Notes under the pieces: model-generated
Told to the model about the DNA's origin: nothing
Seen by the model: the letters and a program-made list of their open reading frames with translations, nothing else
The model's database searches: none
Position numbers and translations under genes: made by a program
In this document: one piece after another, positions 38,539 to 52,082 of the stretch
Layout: each line of letters begins with the position of its first letter
How positions within the stretch are numbered: the first letter of the stretch is position 1
Source of the DNA: Octopus bimaculoides
Lineage: Eukaryota
DNA length: 64,000 nucleotides
Assembly (NCBI RefSeq): GCF_001194135.2
Contig: NC_068983.1
Coordinates: forward strand, 38,826,643-38,890,642
Reading direction: 5' to 3'

Positions 38539-38879
38539 CTCTGAAGCTGTTATTCATATATTGCATTTCAACATTTCTAACGTCTTTGCGTTTACAGGAT
38601 ATTATGCAGATAAGGGAAGTGAACTCTTTACTATTAATTACATTAGAGAACATGCCTGCACTTGCTGCAGTTTTTTTTCTTTTATTTCCAACAAGACAAG
38701 ATAAAAATATCATTTGAAGTGATGTTTGATAAGAGGAAGATTTTATTAGAACATTAAAGTAATATTATCTAGCGAGTGTATGTGTATTTATTTGTGTGTG
38801 AGAGAGGGAACTGAAACATGTATACATGTAAATCTCTACATGTGTGTACATGTATACATACATACATAGACACACACAC

Positions 38880-39125
38880 ATCATCGTTTTAACATCCATT
38901 TCTCCGATACTTGCATGGGTTGAACAAAATTCATTGAGGCAGGTTTTCTCTCTCATCCTTTTCCCCACTCCCTGGTGCCAACCCTCACATGTTTCCAAGC
39001 AAGATAGAATTTTCCCGTGATCGAACATGTTTTCATGAAAGACTGGAAACAAACAAAGTGACTGGAAATCAATGTATGATGGTGACACTCATTTACAACT
39101 ATCGCATGATACCAAGACATAGATG
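38880..39125 (-). mobile_element. Alternative tail of family A SINE (also 36720-36900-, 62880-63085+)
   Basis: 'gtcttg.tatcatgcgatagttgtaaatgagtgtcacc...gcatggaaaagtggatgttaa(a)(gat)n'. Confidence 0.7.
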
Positions 39126-39449
39126 CAGTAGCACACATGCATGCATGCACATACACACGCACAAGCACACACACACACAAAAATGAACAATAGAATTATT
39201 TGAGTTTCAGCTAATTAAACCTATTCACAAGGCTTGGGTTATCTCTGAGCCATAGCAAAAGGCACTTGTCCAAGGTGCCATGCAGTGGCACTGAACTCAA
39301 AGCCATATTGATATAAAGTCATGTTTATCATACTTGAGGATGCTCAGATGTGGGAAGACCTTCTGCTGTGAAAATATTCTCAGGAGAAAATTTTCTTCCT
39401 AAGCAACATATGGGAAACCACATCGTGAACGATATCATTGGATCTTAAG

Positions 39450-39727
39450 ATACGTGTATTTTGCATTCTTTCATGCCAGCAACAAACACCAAACGCCAAA
39501 TCTGTCATTCATAGACTGATAAGAATGAATCTGTTCTTATATTTGAACAGCATATGGAACATTTGTTGATGTGCTTAAAGCTTGGTCAAGCTAAAAGTGA
39601 ATATTCACATCACCAAATGTACTGTATGTTGTTCCAATGTAAGAATGAATTTGTTCTTATTATTGAGCTGTAAATGACAGATTTGGTGTTCCTGGCTGAT
39701 AATGTGAAAGAATGCAGAAATGTATGT
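39450..39727. repeat. Degenerate fold-back / MITE-like inverted structure
   Basis: ccaaatctgtcatt/aatgacagatttgg and tgcattctttca/tgaaagaatgca arm pairs; each arm carries the quasi-palindrome taagaatgaat(c/t)tgttcttat. Confidence 0.65.
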
Positions 39728-42267
39728 CCTACAATCCAATGCTGAGATTCATAGCACAATGTATTTTCACACTACTGTCTCAGGGAAGAATTTTCATCCA
39801 GGCCATCCATGTGAAAATTCAAATTTAGTTTGAGTAAAGGTAAAGTCATCTACAAGATTTGAACTTAAAACCATGGGAAACAAAAACTGCATGGTGTAAA
39901 GCATATAGTTGGCACATTTCCTCTGTATTAATCATCTTCAACCTCATACAATCACATCTGTAGGATATTTATTTAATTTTTAATATATCAAAAGAAAGAA
40001 TATTTTCATTAAACCCAATAGGATTGAATTTTGTCTCTCACCTTCTGTTTCTAGAAATCCTGCTATTTGCTTTATTAATTAAGCTGTACTGATATTCCAT
40101 AAGTGAGTTCTATGTCACTCTAATAATTTACAGATCTTTCTTCCACTTGTTTCCTCTCCTCTAACATCAAACTGTTCTAGTTTTAAAGCATGTACTTAAA
40201 AGACAGTTGTTCCTACAAAGCTGACAATCAATACTAGCTGCAGTGCAGAAAATAGAACACAGTAAATTGATAAACCATTAATGGCAAATATATTCAGACT
40301 CAATCAGCACCGAAATATTACTGATCTGCTCAAAATATCTGCAGTTACATCTCGCTTTGTGTTGATTTTGTCAATTTATTTTGGTAAATTGCCATTGTTA
40401 AAGCGTTCTAACCAAATTTACTTTCTTTTGCTTTTTATCATATTTTATTATATTTATTTACTTTTTCATAAACCACTGAAACTTAGAAAGAATATATCAA
40501 AATTAAAGATAATGTTTTTGTTTTTGTAGGGTTGACTGTATAATGACTGAGTAATGACAGTATAATAAAAGTTAGAATTTCACAATTGCTATATATTAAG
40601 AATAAGTATGGATTTATCATGCATGCTCTTTCAGTCCTTTATCTATTCCAGCCTGTTGGCTCATGGCCATAAAAGAACTTGAACTCAAAATTAAGTTATA
40701 TTTGTTAATTATGCAGAGATGTGAGCAGTGAGTTGGTCAAATTGTTAGAACATTGGAAAACATTTTTGTGCTATTGTTTCAGCTCTTTACAGCAGATGCT
40801 CAATGAAGATATCATACAATTGCCATCCAATATGAAGAACATCAAGGTGGCAAGCTGGCAGAAACGTTAGCATGCCGGGCGAAATGCTTAGCGGTATTTT
40901 GTCTGTCTTTACGTTCTGAGTTCAAATTCTGCTAAGGTCGACTTTGTTTTGGGGGTCGATAGATTAAGTACCAGTTGCGTACTGGGGTCGATCTAATTGA
41001 CTGGTCCCCTCCCCAAAAATTTCAGGCCTAGAGTAGAAAAGAATATGAACATCCTGCCTCGACATGTGTCTCCAAAGCAAGAAACTTAGCAGTTACGGGG
41101 ATGTAAACACACCAGCATCGGTTGTCAAGCGATGTTGGTGAGGACAAACACAGGCACACAAACATATACATACACACACACACACATATATACGATGGGT
41201 TTCTTTCAGTTTCCATCTACCAAATCCACTCACAAGGCTTTGGTCAGCCTGAGGCTATAGTAAAAGACACTTGCCAAGGTGCCATGCAGTGGGACTGAAC
41301 CCAGAACCATGTGGTTGGGAAACAAGCTACTTACCACACAGCCACTTCTGCGCCTATATATATTTTTTGTTTTTTTAATTCTTTGATTCTTTTTTCTATT
41401 TTAAAAAAATCCTTTTGGTTTCTTTGAAAGGGTGGCAATNNNNNNNNNNNNNNNNNNNNNNNNNNNNNNNNNNNNNNNNNNNNNNNNNNNNNNNNNNNNN
41501 NNNNNNNNNNNNNNNNNNNNNNNNNNNNNNNNNNNNNNNNNNNNNNNNNNNNNNNNNNNNNNNNNNNNNNNNNNNNNNNNNNNNNNNNNNNNNNNNNNNN
41601 NNNNNNNNNNNNNNNNNNNNNNNNNNNNNNNNNNNNNNNNNNNNNNNNNNNNNNNNNNNNNNNNNNNNNNNNNNNNNNNNNNNNNNNNNNNNNNNNNNNN
41701 NNNNNNNNNNNNNNNNNNNNNNNNNNNNNNNNNNNNNNNNNNNNNNNNNNNNNNNNNNNNNNTATATATTTATATATTTAGTTATTTATTACTTTGTCAT
41801 CTGTGACAAGGATATGGTTCAAATAAAAAGAATAGTTGCAAATAGCTTTTTTTTTAAGTAAGAAAGTAATATCTAATTATTAATGGATTCACCTAATTTT
41901 CTTTTTAAAGTTTAAATATTGTTTTCATTTTTAAGTTTGGACTTTTTCTTTGTTAATTTTTATGTTGTTGAAGAGAGGAATAAGAAATGGAAATGCAGAG
42001 AGGTTAAAAGAGGAGGAATATTGGAATAAAACTGAAATGAATGTAAGAATACAACAAACCTGTTCTTATATAATGGGCCACTAAAGTTAATGGCTTTGAA
42101 ATATATGTAATTTAATCAGTGAACTATAATAATTTAATTCTAAATTAATGTTAATTTAATAACTGTTTTCTATCCTTGATATAAAAGGTTCTCTGTAATA
42201 AAATATGTTAGTAAAAGACAAATATCACTGCATGTTTATAATATAGTGTTTAGCTCTGGTTTCATAA

Positions 42268-42490
42268 TATTCTTTTCTACTCTAGGTACAAGTCCTGAAA
42301 TCTTGGGGAAGGGGGTGGGGGCTAGTCGATTAGATCGATCCCAGTACGCAACTGCTACTTAATTTATCAACCCCAAAAGGATGAAAGGCAAAGTCGACCT
42401 CGGTGGAATTTGAACTCTCAGAACATAAAGACAGACGAAATACCGCTAAGCATTTCACCCGGCATGCTAACGTTTCTGCCAGCTCACCGC
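42268..42490 (-). mobile_element. Family C SINE, full length with 12-bp TSD
   Basis: TSD ctggtttcataa at 42256-42267 and 42491-42502. Confidence 0.9.
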
Positions 42491-43321
42491 CTGGTTTCAT
42501 AAAATTAACAGATGAGAGATAAAATTCTCCTGTATACAATGCTAATTTATTACAATTCACATTCCCAATAGATCTACCTTTGCAATCAGCTTAGTGAACC
42601 GATGTATGCAAAATCAAGTGTGCTTCTTTCCTTGGTCACAATGAAGCATCTGCAGCAGATATGCGTTCACGAACTGCGAATAGCATAGTTCAATAACTTA
42701 TATACCTAACCACCTTTATAAACTACAATAAATCCTTATCTATTGCTTAAAGGATTGCTTTGAGAATCTATCCTCTCTTTTACTCAGGAAGAACAGATTA
42801 AGTCAGTAGTCCATTGTGTGAGAGACTATTATGGAATTATTTATTGCTATAGAGAGTGAGAAGTAGTGCCACCCACAGGTATTGTATTAAGGTATACTGA
42901 ACAGTTTAATAAGACAAGCTCGGATATTGCATATTAAAATGGTGGTTGTGCATGTATGCTTCCATGTGTGTAGTCACTGAATAGCAGAATAAGACGACTA
43001 GATAAGGAACAGAAGGAAAAAGCTATACAGCCAACAGGATAGAAAGAATGGCTCTCTCACGTAAGAGATGATAACATATATCATCATCATCATCATCATC
43101 TTCATCATTTAGAATCTGTTTTTCATGTTGGCATGGGTTGAACAACTTGACTGTAAGGGGCTGCATCAGGTTCCATAGTCTGTTATATATATATATATAT
43201 CACCATCATCATCATCATATCATCATCTTTTAACGTCCATCTGCTTTCCATGCTGGCATGAGTTAGATGGTTTGACTGATGACTGGCAAGCTAGGAGGCT
43301 GCACCAGGCTCCAATCTCATA

Positions 43322-43363
<42 letters not shown>

Positions 43364-44081
43364 TGTGTGTGTGTATGTGTGTGTGTGTATGTATGAATGT
43401 GTATATATATATAAGGCAGCAAGCTGGCAGAATTGTTAGCATGCCGGACGAAATGCTTAGCAGTATTTCATCTGCCGTTACGATCTGAGTTCAAATTCTG
43501 CCAAGGTCAACTTTGCCTTTCATCTTTTCGAGGTCAATTAAATAAGTACCAGTTATGCACTGGGGGCGGTGTACTTGACTTAATCCCTTTGTCTGTCTTT
43601 GTTTGTCCACTCTATGTTTAGCCCCCTGTGGGCAATAAAGAAATAAATATTTCATCTGTCCTTATGTTCTGAGTTCAAATTTTGCTAATGCTGACTTTGC
43701 CTTTCACCCTTTCGGGGTTGATAAAATAAGGATCAGTTGAGTTCTAGAGCCAATTATAATTGACTTAACTACTCCTAGGTAAGAGTGTAGAAGCTACATC
43801 CCTCTGCCAAACCATGTTGAGCCAGTGTGACAGAGTAGGCTCTTTAAACCAGTATGATTACTTGGTGGAAAGAACATGCTCAGACTGCCAACTTACAGTG
43901 GACTGAATATCAGCAATCCAGTCCAGTCCACACACACACACAGTCTCTCACACACACACACAGTCACACACATACATACACACAGAGTCACACACACACA
44001 CGCACAAATACACACACACACAGTCACACACACACATGCACAAATACACACACACACAAAGTCACACACACACATGCATAA

Positions 44082-44116
<35 letters not shown>

Positions 44117-47100
44117 CACACACACAGACTCACAAACACAGACACAAACATGCACNNNNNNNNNNNNNNNNNNNNNNNNNNNNNNNNNNNNNNNNNNNNN
44201 NNNNNNNNNNNNNNNNNNNNNNNNNNNNNNNNNNNNNNNNNNNNNNNNNNNNNNNNNNNNNNNNNNNNNNNNNNNNNNNNNNNNNNNNNNNNNNNNNNNN
44301 NNNNNNNNNNNNNNNNNNNNNNNNNNNNNNNNNNNNNNNNNNNNNNNNNNNNNNNNNNNNNNNNNNNNNNNNNNNNNNNNNNNNNNNNNNNNNNNNNNNN
44401 NNNNNNNNNNNNNNNNNNNNNNNNNNNNNNNNNNNNNNNNNNNNNNNNNNNNNNNNNNNNNNNNNNNNNNNNNNNNNNNNNNNNNNNNNNNNNNNNNNNN
44501 NNNNNNNNNNNNNNNNNNNNNNNNNNNNNNNNNNNNNNNNNNNNNNNNNNNNNNNNNNATATATAGGCAGAGGAGTGGCTGTGTAGTAAAAGCTTGCTTC
44601 CCAACTACAAGGTTCCAGGTTCAGTCCCACTGTGTGGCACCTTGAGCAAGTGTCTTCTACTATAGCTTCAGGCTGACCAAAGCCTTGTGAGTGGATTTGG
44701 TAGACAGAAACTGAAAGAAGCCCATCGTATATATATGTATGTGTGTGTGTGTGTGTGTGTGTGTATGTCTATGTTTGTCACCTACCATCGCTTGACAACT
44801 GGTGTTTGTGTGTTTACGTCCCCATAACTTACCAGTTTGGCCAAAGACTGATAGACCGATAGAATAAGTACTAACCTTACAAAGAATAAGTCCTGGGCCC
44901 GATTTGTTCAAGTAAAGGCGGTGCTCCAGCATGGCCACAGTCAAATAACGGAAACAAGTAAAAGAGTAAAAAAAGCTATATATAATCATCATTATCAGTC
45001 AGATGGAATTTGTTGAAACAGATTTTCTATGGCTTGATCGCTGGAGGGTTAGTGAGGGTCCCTGTCACCAATCCCCAACTGCTTCCATGATGGCACCAAG
45101 ATGGGTATTTCTCATGTGGTGCCAGCACGGGTGTTTTCTTACATTGCACTAGCGCAGGTGCTTTTTACACGGCACCACCAAAAGTGCTTTTTATGTGACA
45201 CTGGCATCGGTGCTTTTTACATGCAGTATGTAGTTGTGAAACAAACTTCTTACTACACATCCACACCTGCATGTGTGAGTATTCACTATGTAGTTTACTG
45301 TTAGAATGTTCAGTTAGTGACTTATAATGCAAGAGTATAAATGGAGAGGGTTTATTGTATCAGGGACTTCAAGACTAGCCTGTTGCTTTGGAATAGTCCT
45401 AGATTGGAGATTGTATTTGTGTGAGAACAATTTCTTAAATGATTTATTATATAAGAATATTACACACAGTGATTTAATGCACAAAGAAGTTCACTCAGTA
45501 ATTTAATGTATAAGAGTCTTCTTCATGTGGGTGATTTATGGTGGTGGGCATACTCTATACAGGAGACCATTACATGAGAATGTTCTCTTTGTGGTTTAAG
45601 TCTCCTGAGAGAATTTACTGTCTGGTTAGTGTTTTATATGGGAGCATATAATCTTTTACGAGGTGAGGCACATTAATATATATGAGTTATTGCCATCAAA
45701 CTACTAAATATTTTGATTGACACTCAAAACAGAACTGTAAAACTTTACAGCATGTCCTTGCATCTCTGATTTAAATCATTTTATTTTCATTTTACCTTTC
45801 ATCATTTTAAATAGAGGTCACCAAACTGTAGACTGCAGTGAGATTTTAAAGATATTTTAATCACTAGTGTTAATAGATATCATTCTTAGGCATATATAGT
45901 TGCAGAAAATCAATACCGAACAATAACCAAAACTCAGTTATGTCCATGCACACAGCAATTAAAGATTTAAAAGATTGGAAAATAAGCAATGAAAGAGAGA
46001 AATATTTGCTTGAAATAATACCATATGAGATATATAGATATATGGCTCATATAATTATGTAGCATTGAATAAAGAGCTGGAAGAATTTTTAGTTATATGT
46101 TTTGACAAATTTGTTTCAATTGAACAATTAATAATAGGTTTTTATAAGATATGTTTATGCCATTTTCAGAACCTAAATTTATATTTTGCTGTGGTTTTGA
46201 ACTGTACTAGGAGCCAGAAGATTGGTTCAAATTTTGATCGTATTTATTCCACATAATCAACAACCATTTTCCTTGCTTCTTATGTTTTATTCCATTCCGT
46301 ATCATCATTAAAAAATTATTGGATGATATTGCTAATGATAGTAAAAACTATGGTAATCATCATCATCATCATCATCATTATATAACTTGTCTTCTATGCT
46401 AGCATGGGTTGGATGGGTTTGACAGGATCTAGTGAACTGGAAGACTGTGTTGAAATCCATTATCTATGCTGGCATGGTTTCTATGGCTGGATGCCCTTCT
46501 TAATGTTAACCACTTTATAGAATGTACTTTTTCACGATACCAGCATTAGGGAGGTTGCCAAATAACCTGAAAGATACTAAAAAAAGTAACCCCCTCAACT
46601 GAGTGAGGTTGTAGTAGAGGGGGAGGTGGCTTTATACCAGGTGTTTAGGGGTTAAGTATGATAGAGAAATATGTACAGGTGACTTGCTATAGAAGAGTGA
46701 CATGGCTCCCTCACATTATATAGAATTGGATAAACAAAGATGATAATTATTGTGAGGGTGATGTTGTTGTTGATGATGAGTTATTACTATTGTTAGTAGT
46801 GGTATAGTAGTGATGATAGTAACAGCAATAGAACACGTGTATCAATTTATAAGAATGAAAATAAAAGCTTAAGTGTTTGATTGCTTCTGTTAAAATATAA
46901 AACAGATGATAGACTTCCTCGTTTACTGTAACGAGCGAAGATCCAGACAACCAAGACAACAGGATATTGCACATTAAAACCAACCAAAAAGTTGCCTGTA
47001 TGTAACCAATGAGCGGTACTGCATTGTTTGTGTGTCCCTATTAATTAACACAGAGTGGCTAAATCCACCTAAGTAGATATCTCTGTTGTAAGCAGTGGCT

Positions 47101-47565
47101 GGATGACAAAACTGATGAAAGGAGTGATTTGGTAATTTGCAGTGCTAAAATAAATCTTATCCAATGTGATGGAAACAGGAAATAAGCAATGACTCAGTTG
47201 ACCATAACCGTCCATGATAATAATCACTATCAAATATATTGTCAATATTTGAATATACTTTCTATCATACTAGCACTGGTTGGCTTTTTGCCATTTCTTG
47301 TTATTTATTGGTATTTTGTCTGTGAGACCGAACATTGTAAAATCCAACCTCATTGTATCTTCTCTGCCATAAGTACCTTCTATTAATACATGGCTTGTTT
47401 TTACACAGCTGGTATTGTACCTTTGCATCATTAGTCAATTCGTGTACTTCTGCCTCTCTTTCATATACCAGCTGATGCATTAATGCTCTGTTACACTTCA
47501 CTTGCATTCCACCTCCACCTTTCATTAAGCTAACATTGTATAGTATATCGTACAATTCCACTCAC

Positions 47566-47625
47566 AGGCTCAAACTGACCAGTTTATGGTTTTTCATGTC
47601 ATCAATGTCTCTACTATTAATTACT
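47566..47625 (-). CDS. Candidate exon (VINSRDIDDMKNHKLVSLS)
   Basis: Acceptor ttcttttcctttgtaag|, donor |gtgagt, 60 nt, single open frame (phase 2 to 2). Confidence 0.35.
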
Positions 47626-48339
47626 CTTACAAAGGAAAAGAACTATATTCAATCACTCAACCTGCTAGATATAGTTGCCATATCTTAAAATATGCCCTAC
47701 CCCTTAATATACTCCCTGATATGCAAAAAGATAGGATGGGCATGATTGGAATGCTTTTTGATCATAAGTTTAGAAATGATTAAAGAGGGTATTAGCCGTG
47801 GAATTTACCAGTGGGTCTCTTACTAGTTAAGGAAAATATATTGAATTACAGAAAACACAGTTCTGTTTTATATAAGTGGTGGATATAGTTATGTGCATAT
47901 GTGTGTGTGAGAGTGAGCGGTGTAATACATATATCAATAAAAACTCTTTCCCACATTCTGTGAGTTTTGATAATACTGTAATATTTGATATGTGATATTA
48001 TATTTTTAAATATATATTACCAGGGAGCCTGATTATGATGACTGCTTGATCATTGCTAATCTGGGGTTAAACAACAAATCAGTTATCTAGAGATCTTACT
48101 GCACCTTTTTTAAACCCATTGTATGCACCGATATTAAATTCCTATCTAATCAAATAATACTGATCATGCATTGAGCCTATCAAATATTGATCTATTATTA
48201 ATGTATATTGATGCAGAGTTGTTCTAAACTGATATTAAATTATAGTAAATCAATAATATGCTGATATGATCACTGCCAAGCATGGCCACACCTCACTGAG
48301 TGGAACCAGTTAATGAGTATTTTTTTTTCTTTCTTTCTT

Positions 48340-49130
48340 TTACTTGCTGGATTTGGTGGAAAAGGTAGTTACCCATGGCCTTTGCAAGCCCTCTGAGACC
48401 AGTGAAATTGATGCTGTTAATGTTCTGCTTAAACTGTTGCAAGTTGACACTTGCTTTGTTTGAGGGTATTACAAGGAATATCATCAGAAATGCTGGCCCT
48501 CTTACATTGAACTTTGCTTGGATGTTTGCCAGAAGGTAAACATGGTGGAGTAGAAGGGGATAGTTTTGTAAGAAGTTTCCTAAGTTTGTGCAGTGTGGAT
48601 TTGGATGTATAAGTAGGTAGCAAAAGTTGAGGCCTTCTCAACAGGATTGCTGCTCACAGAAGCATCATGGTTAAGAAATGGAGGAAAAAAGAATTCTCCA
48701 AGGTTGGTAGAAATCCTTCTGGGGAAGGAATCAGAAAGACTTGGCTGCAGTTTGGTTGGGCAGGAGCACCAAGGGTTGCACAGTACATAGAAGTATTCTT
48801 TGATAGTGATCTTGCTGGAATAATGCTGCCTAGTTTTGGGAAATGGTTGAATTTCTTCAGTATTATAGGCCTTGTATTTATTTTTTGTAGCTATAGTAAA
48901 CCACTTGGAGACTTGGAACATTGAGTTTTTGTTGTGTATGAGATGTGGAGTGATATGACTAAAAGGATAGTTTCAATCACATTTTGTTTTTGATGGGTTA
49001 GGCGAGCGGTACAAGAGCTGCCAGAGATGGTGAGCATAGAACTGGTGAAAGAACTCTGACCAATCAGCTGAGATATCATGTCATAAAGTCTATATCTGTG
49101 CATGTGTGATGGGATGGCGATAGGCATTGG
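48340..49130 (-). pseudogene. Decayed CR1/L2-group LINE ORF2 fragment (linker to RT start)
   Basis: KWFTIATKNKYKAY; RRISTNLGEFFFPPFLNHDASVSSNPVEKASTFA (cf. SSFPPLxxxDG...KAxxFA); KRASISDDIPCNTLKQSKCQLA (cf. KAxGPDxIPxxVLKxCxxxLA). Confidence 0.8.
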
Positions 49131-49930
49131 GTAGTATATGGATGTATGTTGGGCATGATTAAGTAATGAATTCGTTACAAACAGATTTTAAACTAATCAG
49201 AGGCTGATTGACATTTAACCTAACAAAATATTGAAATAATGATGTTGTGATCATACATAACAGCTAATACTGTAATATTGATCTAATATTGTTACAATCT
49301 AAGCTTATATTATTATTAAAAATGTATCTTTTCATAAGAACAAGGGTCAATGCTTAACTTTTGCTTTTCTCTCATTAACCCTTTTGTGGTTATATTTCTA
49401 ATTAAACATTGTCTACATGTTTCAATTAATTTTAAAAATAAATAAAGAGTGGGGTTAGTAAAATAACTAACATCTTCATGATGAAGTTGGTGTATAGAAC
49501 ATAACTGTACAATGGTTCTAAATTCAAAATAAACTCATTAAAAGTAACAGGTTTGTTTCATGGAACCAGAGGCATGATGATATCTATATGGGTTAAATAA
49601 AAGAGAGGTAAAACGCCTTTTTCTACAGGATGTTCGTCTCCGTTAGGTAAATTTCTGATGCCTTTTTTCTTTGCTACTGAATTCACATGATAGAAATATC
49701 ACAGCTTCTTTTAAGACTAAGTATTTCTCTTTTAGAGGTGTTCATTTCCTTTCACCAACCCCTACCCCCTACTTAAAGCATTCTACTAATTCTTTTCCTC
49801 TTCCTTGGGTAGAAAACTCAATATTGTTGGAATTCACATGATTTCCTGTTGAAGGTACCGCTATGAAGATACTTCCTGGTGATTTACTAAAAAAAATAAC
49901 TAGATAGTATATGTATGTATGGATTATGTG

Positions 49931-49978
<48 letters not shown>

Positions 49979-49992
49979 TATATATATATATA

Positions 49993-50057
<65 letters not shown>

Positions 50058-50465
50058 GTCTGTCTATATGTGTGTGTATCCTTAACAGAAGGGGGCAACA
50101 TTTTTAGGGATGAGGATATAGTACATGAAGGTGGTGGTGCCTTACCAACACTTTAAGGCTATAGTAAATGAAGGTGAAACTAGCACCATGCTAGTACTTT
50201 GTTTGTTGACCTTGGAGGAATGAAAGACAAAATCAACTTTGGTTCAGGGTTGGAATAAAACACAATAAATGATATATAGAAATAAGAAAAATAAAACAGA
50301 ACAGATGCAATTTATTATGAGAAAGTTGAAGGGTCTCAGAGCTGATTGACTCAAGTGTGTCAAGTTATTGTTTCATAACTGGCAAAATTTCTTTGATTCA
50401 AATCATCAATTCCTATGTAGCATTTGACACACACTTGGTTCTTTAAATAAAACCCAGTAGCTTAC

Positions 50466-50519
50466 CTCAGGGGTCTCTTTATTATTTTCTTTGGTTTTTG
50501 CCTCATTTTCATATATTAT
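50466..50519 (-). CDS. Candidate exon (IIYENEAKTKENNKETPE)
   Basis: Acceptor ttgtatgccacag|, strong donor gag|gtaagc, 54 nt, single open frame (phase 0 to 0). Confidence 0.25.
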
Positions 50520-50623
50520 CTGTGGCATACAACTAATTTTGTAGTGCTTGATATACAGTTGTCATATAGTCTGTTGAGAAGTGATACTGTGCAGGTTTGT
50601 GCTAAAATAGTTATCAAAAACAT

Positions 50624-51077
<454 letters not shown>

Positions 51078-51754
51078 TGTATTATTGCTAAGACATTCAA
51101 AGAAGTGAAAGAATTTTAACAGAATATCATTGAAATAGCTGAGGTAGAAATTCCATGCTGTGCCCACATAATATCTTAATTTCCCAAATTCAGTGATTCA
51201 AATGAGATTAACACTCCTCTTGGGGGTTCCTATTTAATTCCCTAAATATTATTTATTCTGAGTTGAGTTTCTTTATTTTTCTTTATTTTTTTTTAGATAA
51301 TATTTTCCTATTTATTTTTTTTTTATATCTATAAGTGATAAAGAATGGTAAAATAACATCCTTTTCCTTATGTTAAAAGTAGGTATACTTGATTTTGTTT
51401 GTTAAGATAAGCTTGAAAATGTTTCATTTCACTTTCTTCTGATTTCATAGTAAATTTTTTTTTTATCAATATACATGGTCAACATTTAGGGAAGTTGATT
51501 GACTTTCCCCAAGTACACTGCTAATTCTTATTTCATCAATAAATACTACAGCAAAGACCTCTTTCCGACAAGAAACTGCAGGTTATGAAATAGTACTCAG
51601 AAGAAACTGAGGGTTCTGTGGCCTGCTACTAATGGGAATAGAAAATATAAAGAGTTTGAAAACAGGGTATGTCAAACTCTTTATAAAATGACAGGGTCTG
51701 CAGTGGAGAAACTGGGAAAGTTAAGAAGTTTGATATATGACACGGGAAAGGAAT

Positions 51755-52082
51755 TGTTTTATTGGACACAGTGTGAGGTGACTGGTGTTATCGTTGGGTC
51801 TAACTCATCATAAAGTAAATACCACCATGACCAATATCCAAACCACAGTGGAAAAGGCTAGGCACTGGATTCGGTTAAAAAGAGACGATGAGTAATGGCT
51901 AGAAGAATGATGAACTTTATTTGATAACCAGTGACAGGAGTGCCAGTGCTCATTAATGCCGTCGAGAGGTAGGCCCTGAAATGGTGTGCATACTCTCCTG
52001 ATGACCCCATACACTTGCTGGCTTCTGATATGCAGAGCTCTTGACTGGTAGCACTTGCATGTGCAAGTTGTTTGCAAAACAT
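51755..52082 (+). pseudogene. Second HERO-type remnant (ORF end + 3' UTR)
   Basis: Aligns by eye with about 22150-22473: FIGHSVR*LVLSLGLTHHKVN...EKARHWIRLKRDDE*WLEE*, then the same UTR. Confidence 0.88.

Noticed and set aside
47301-47561. ORF MELYDILYNVSLMKGGGG..., faintly like integrase-associated zinc-binding regions
   Set aside because: No HHCC or DDE residues follow; similarity too weak to call
51965-52005. GAAA...CUGAUGA order in the HERO 3' UTR (possible type II hammerhead)
   Set aside because: Stem II arms do not pair and there is no NUH site; the other copy reads CUGGUGA
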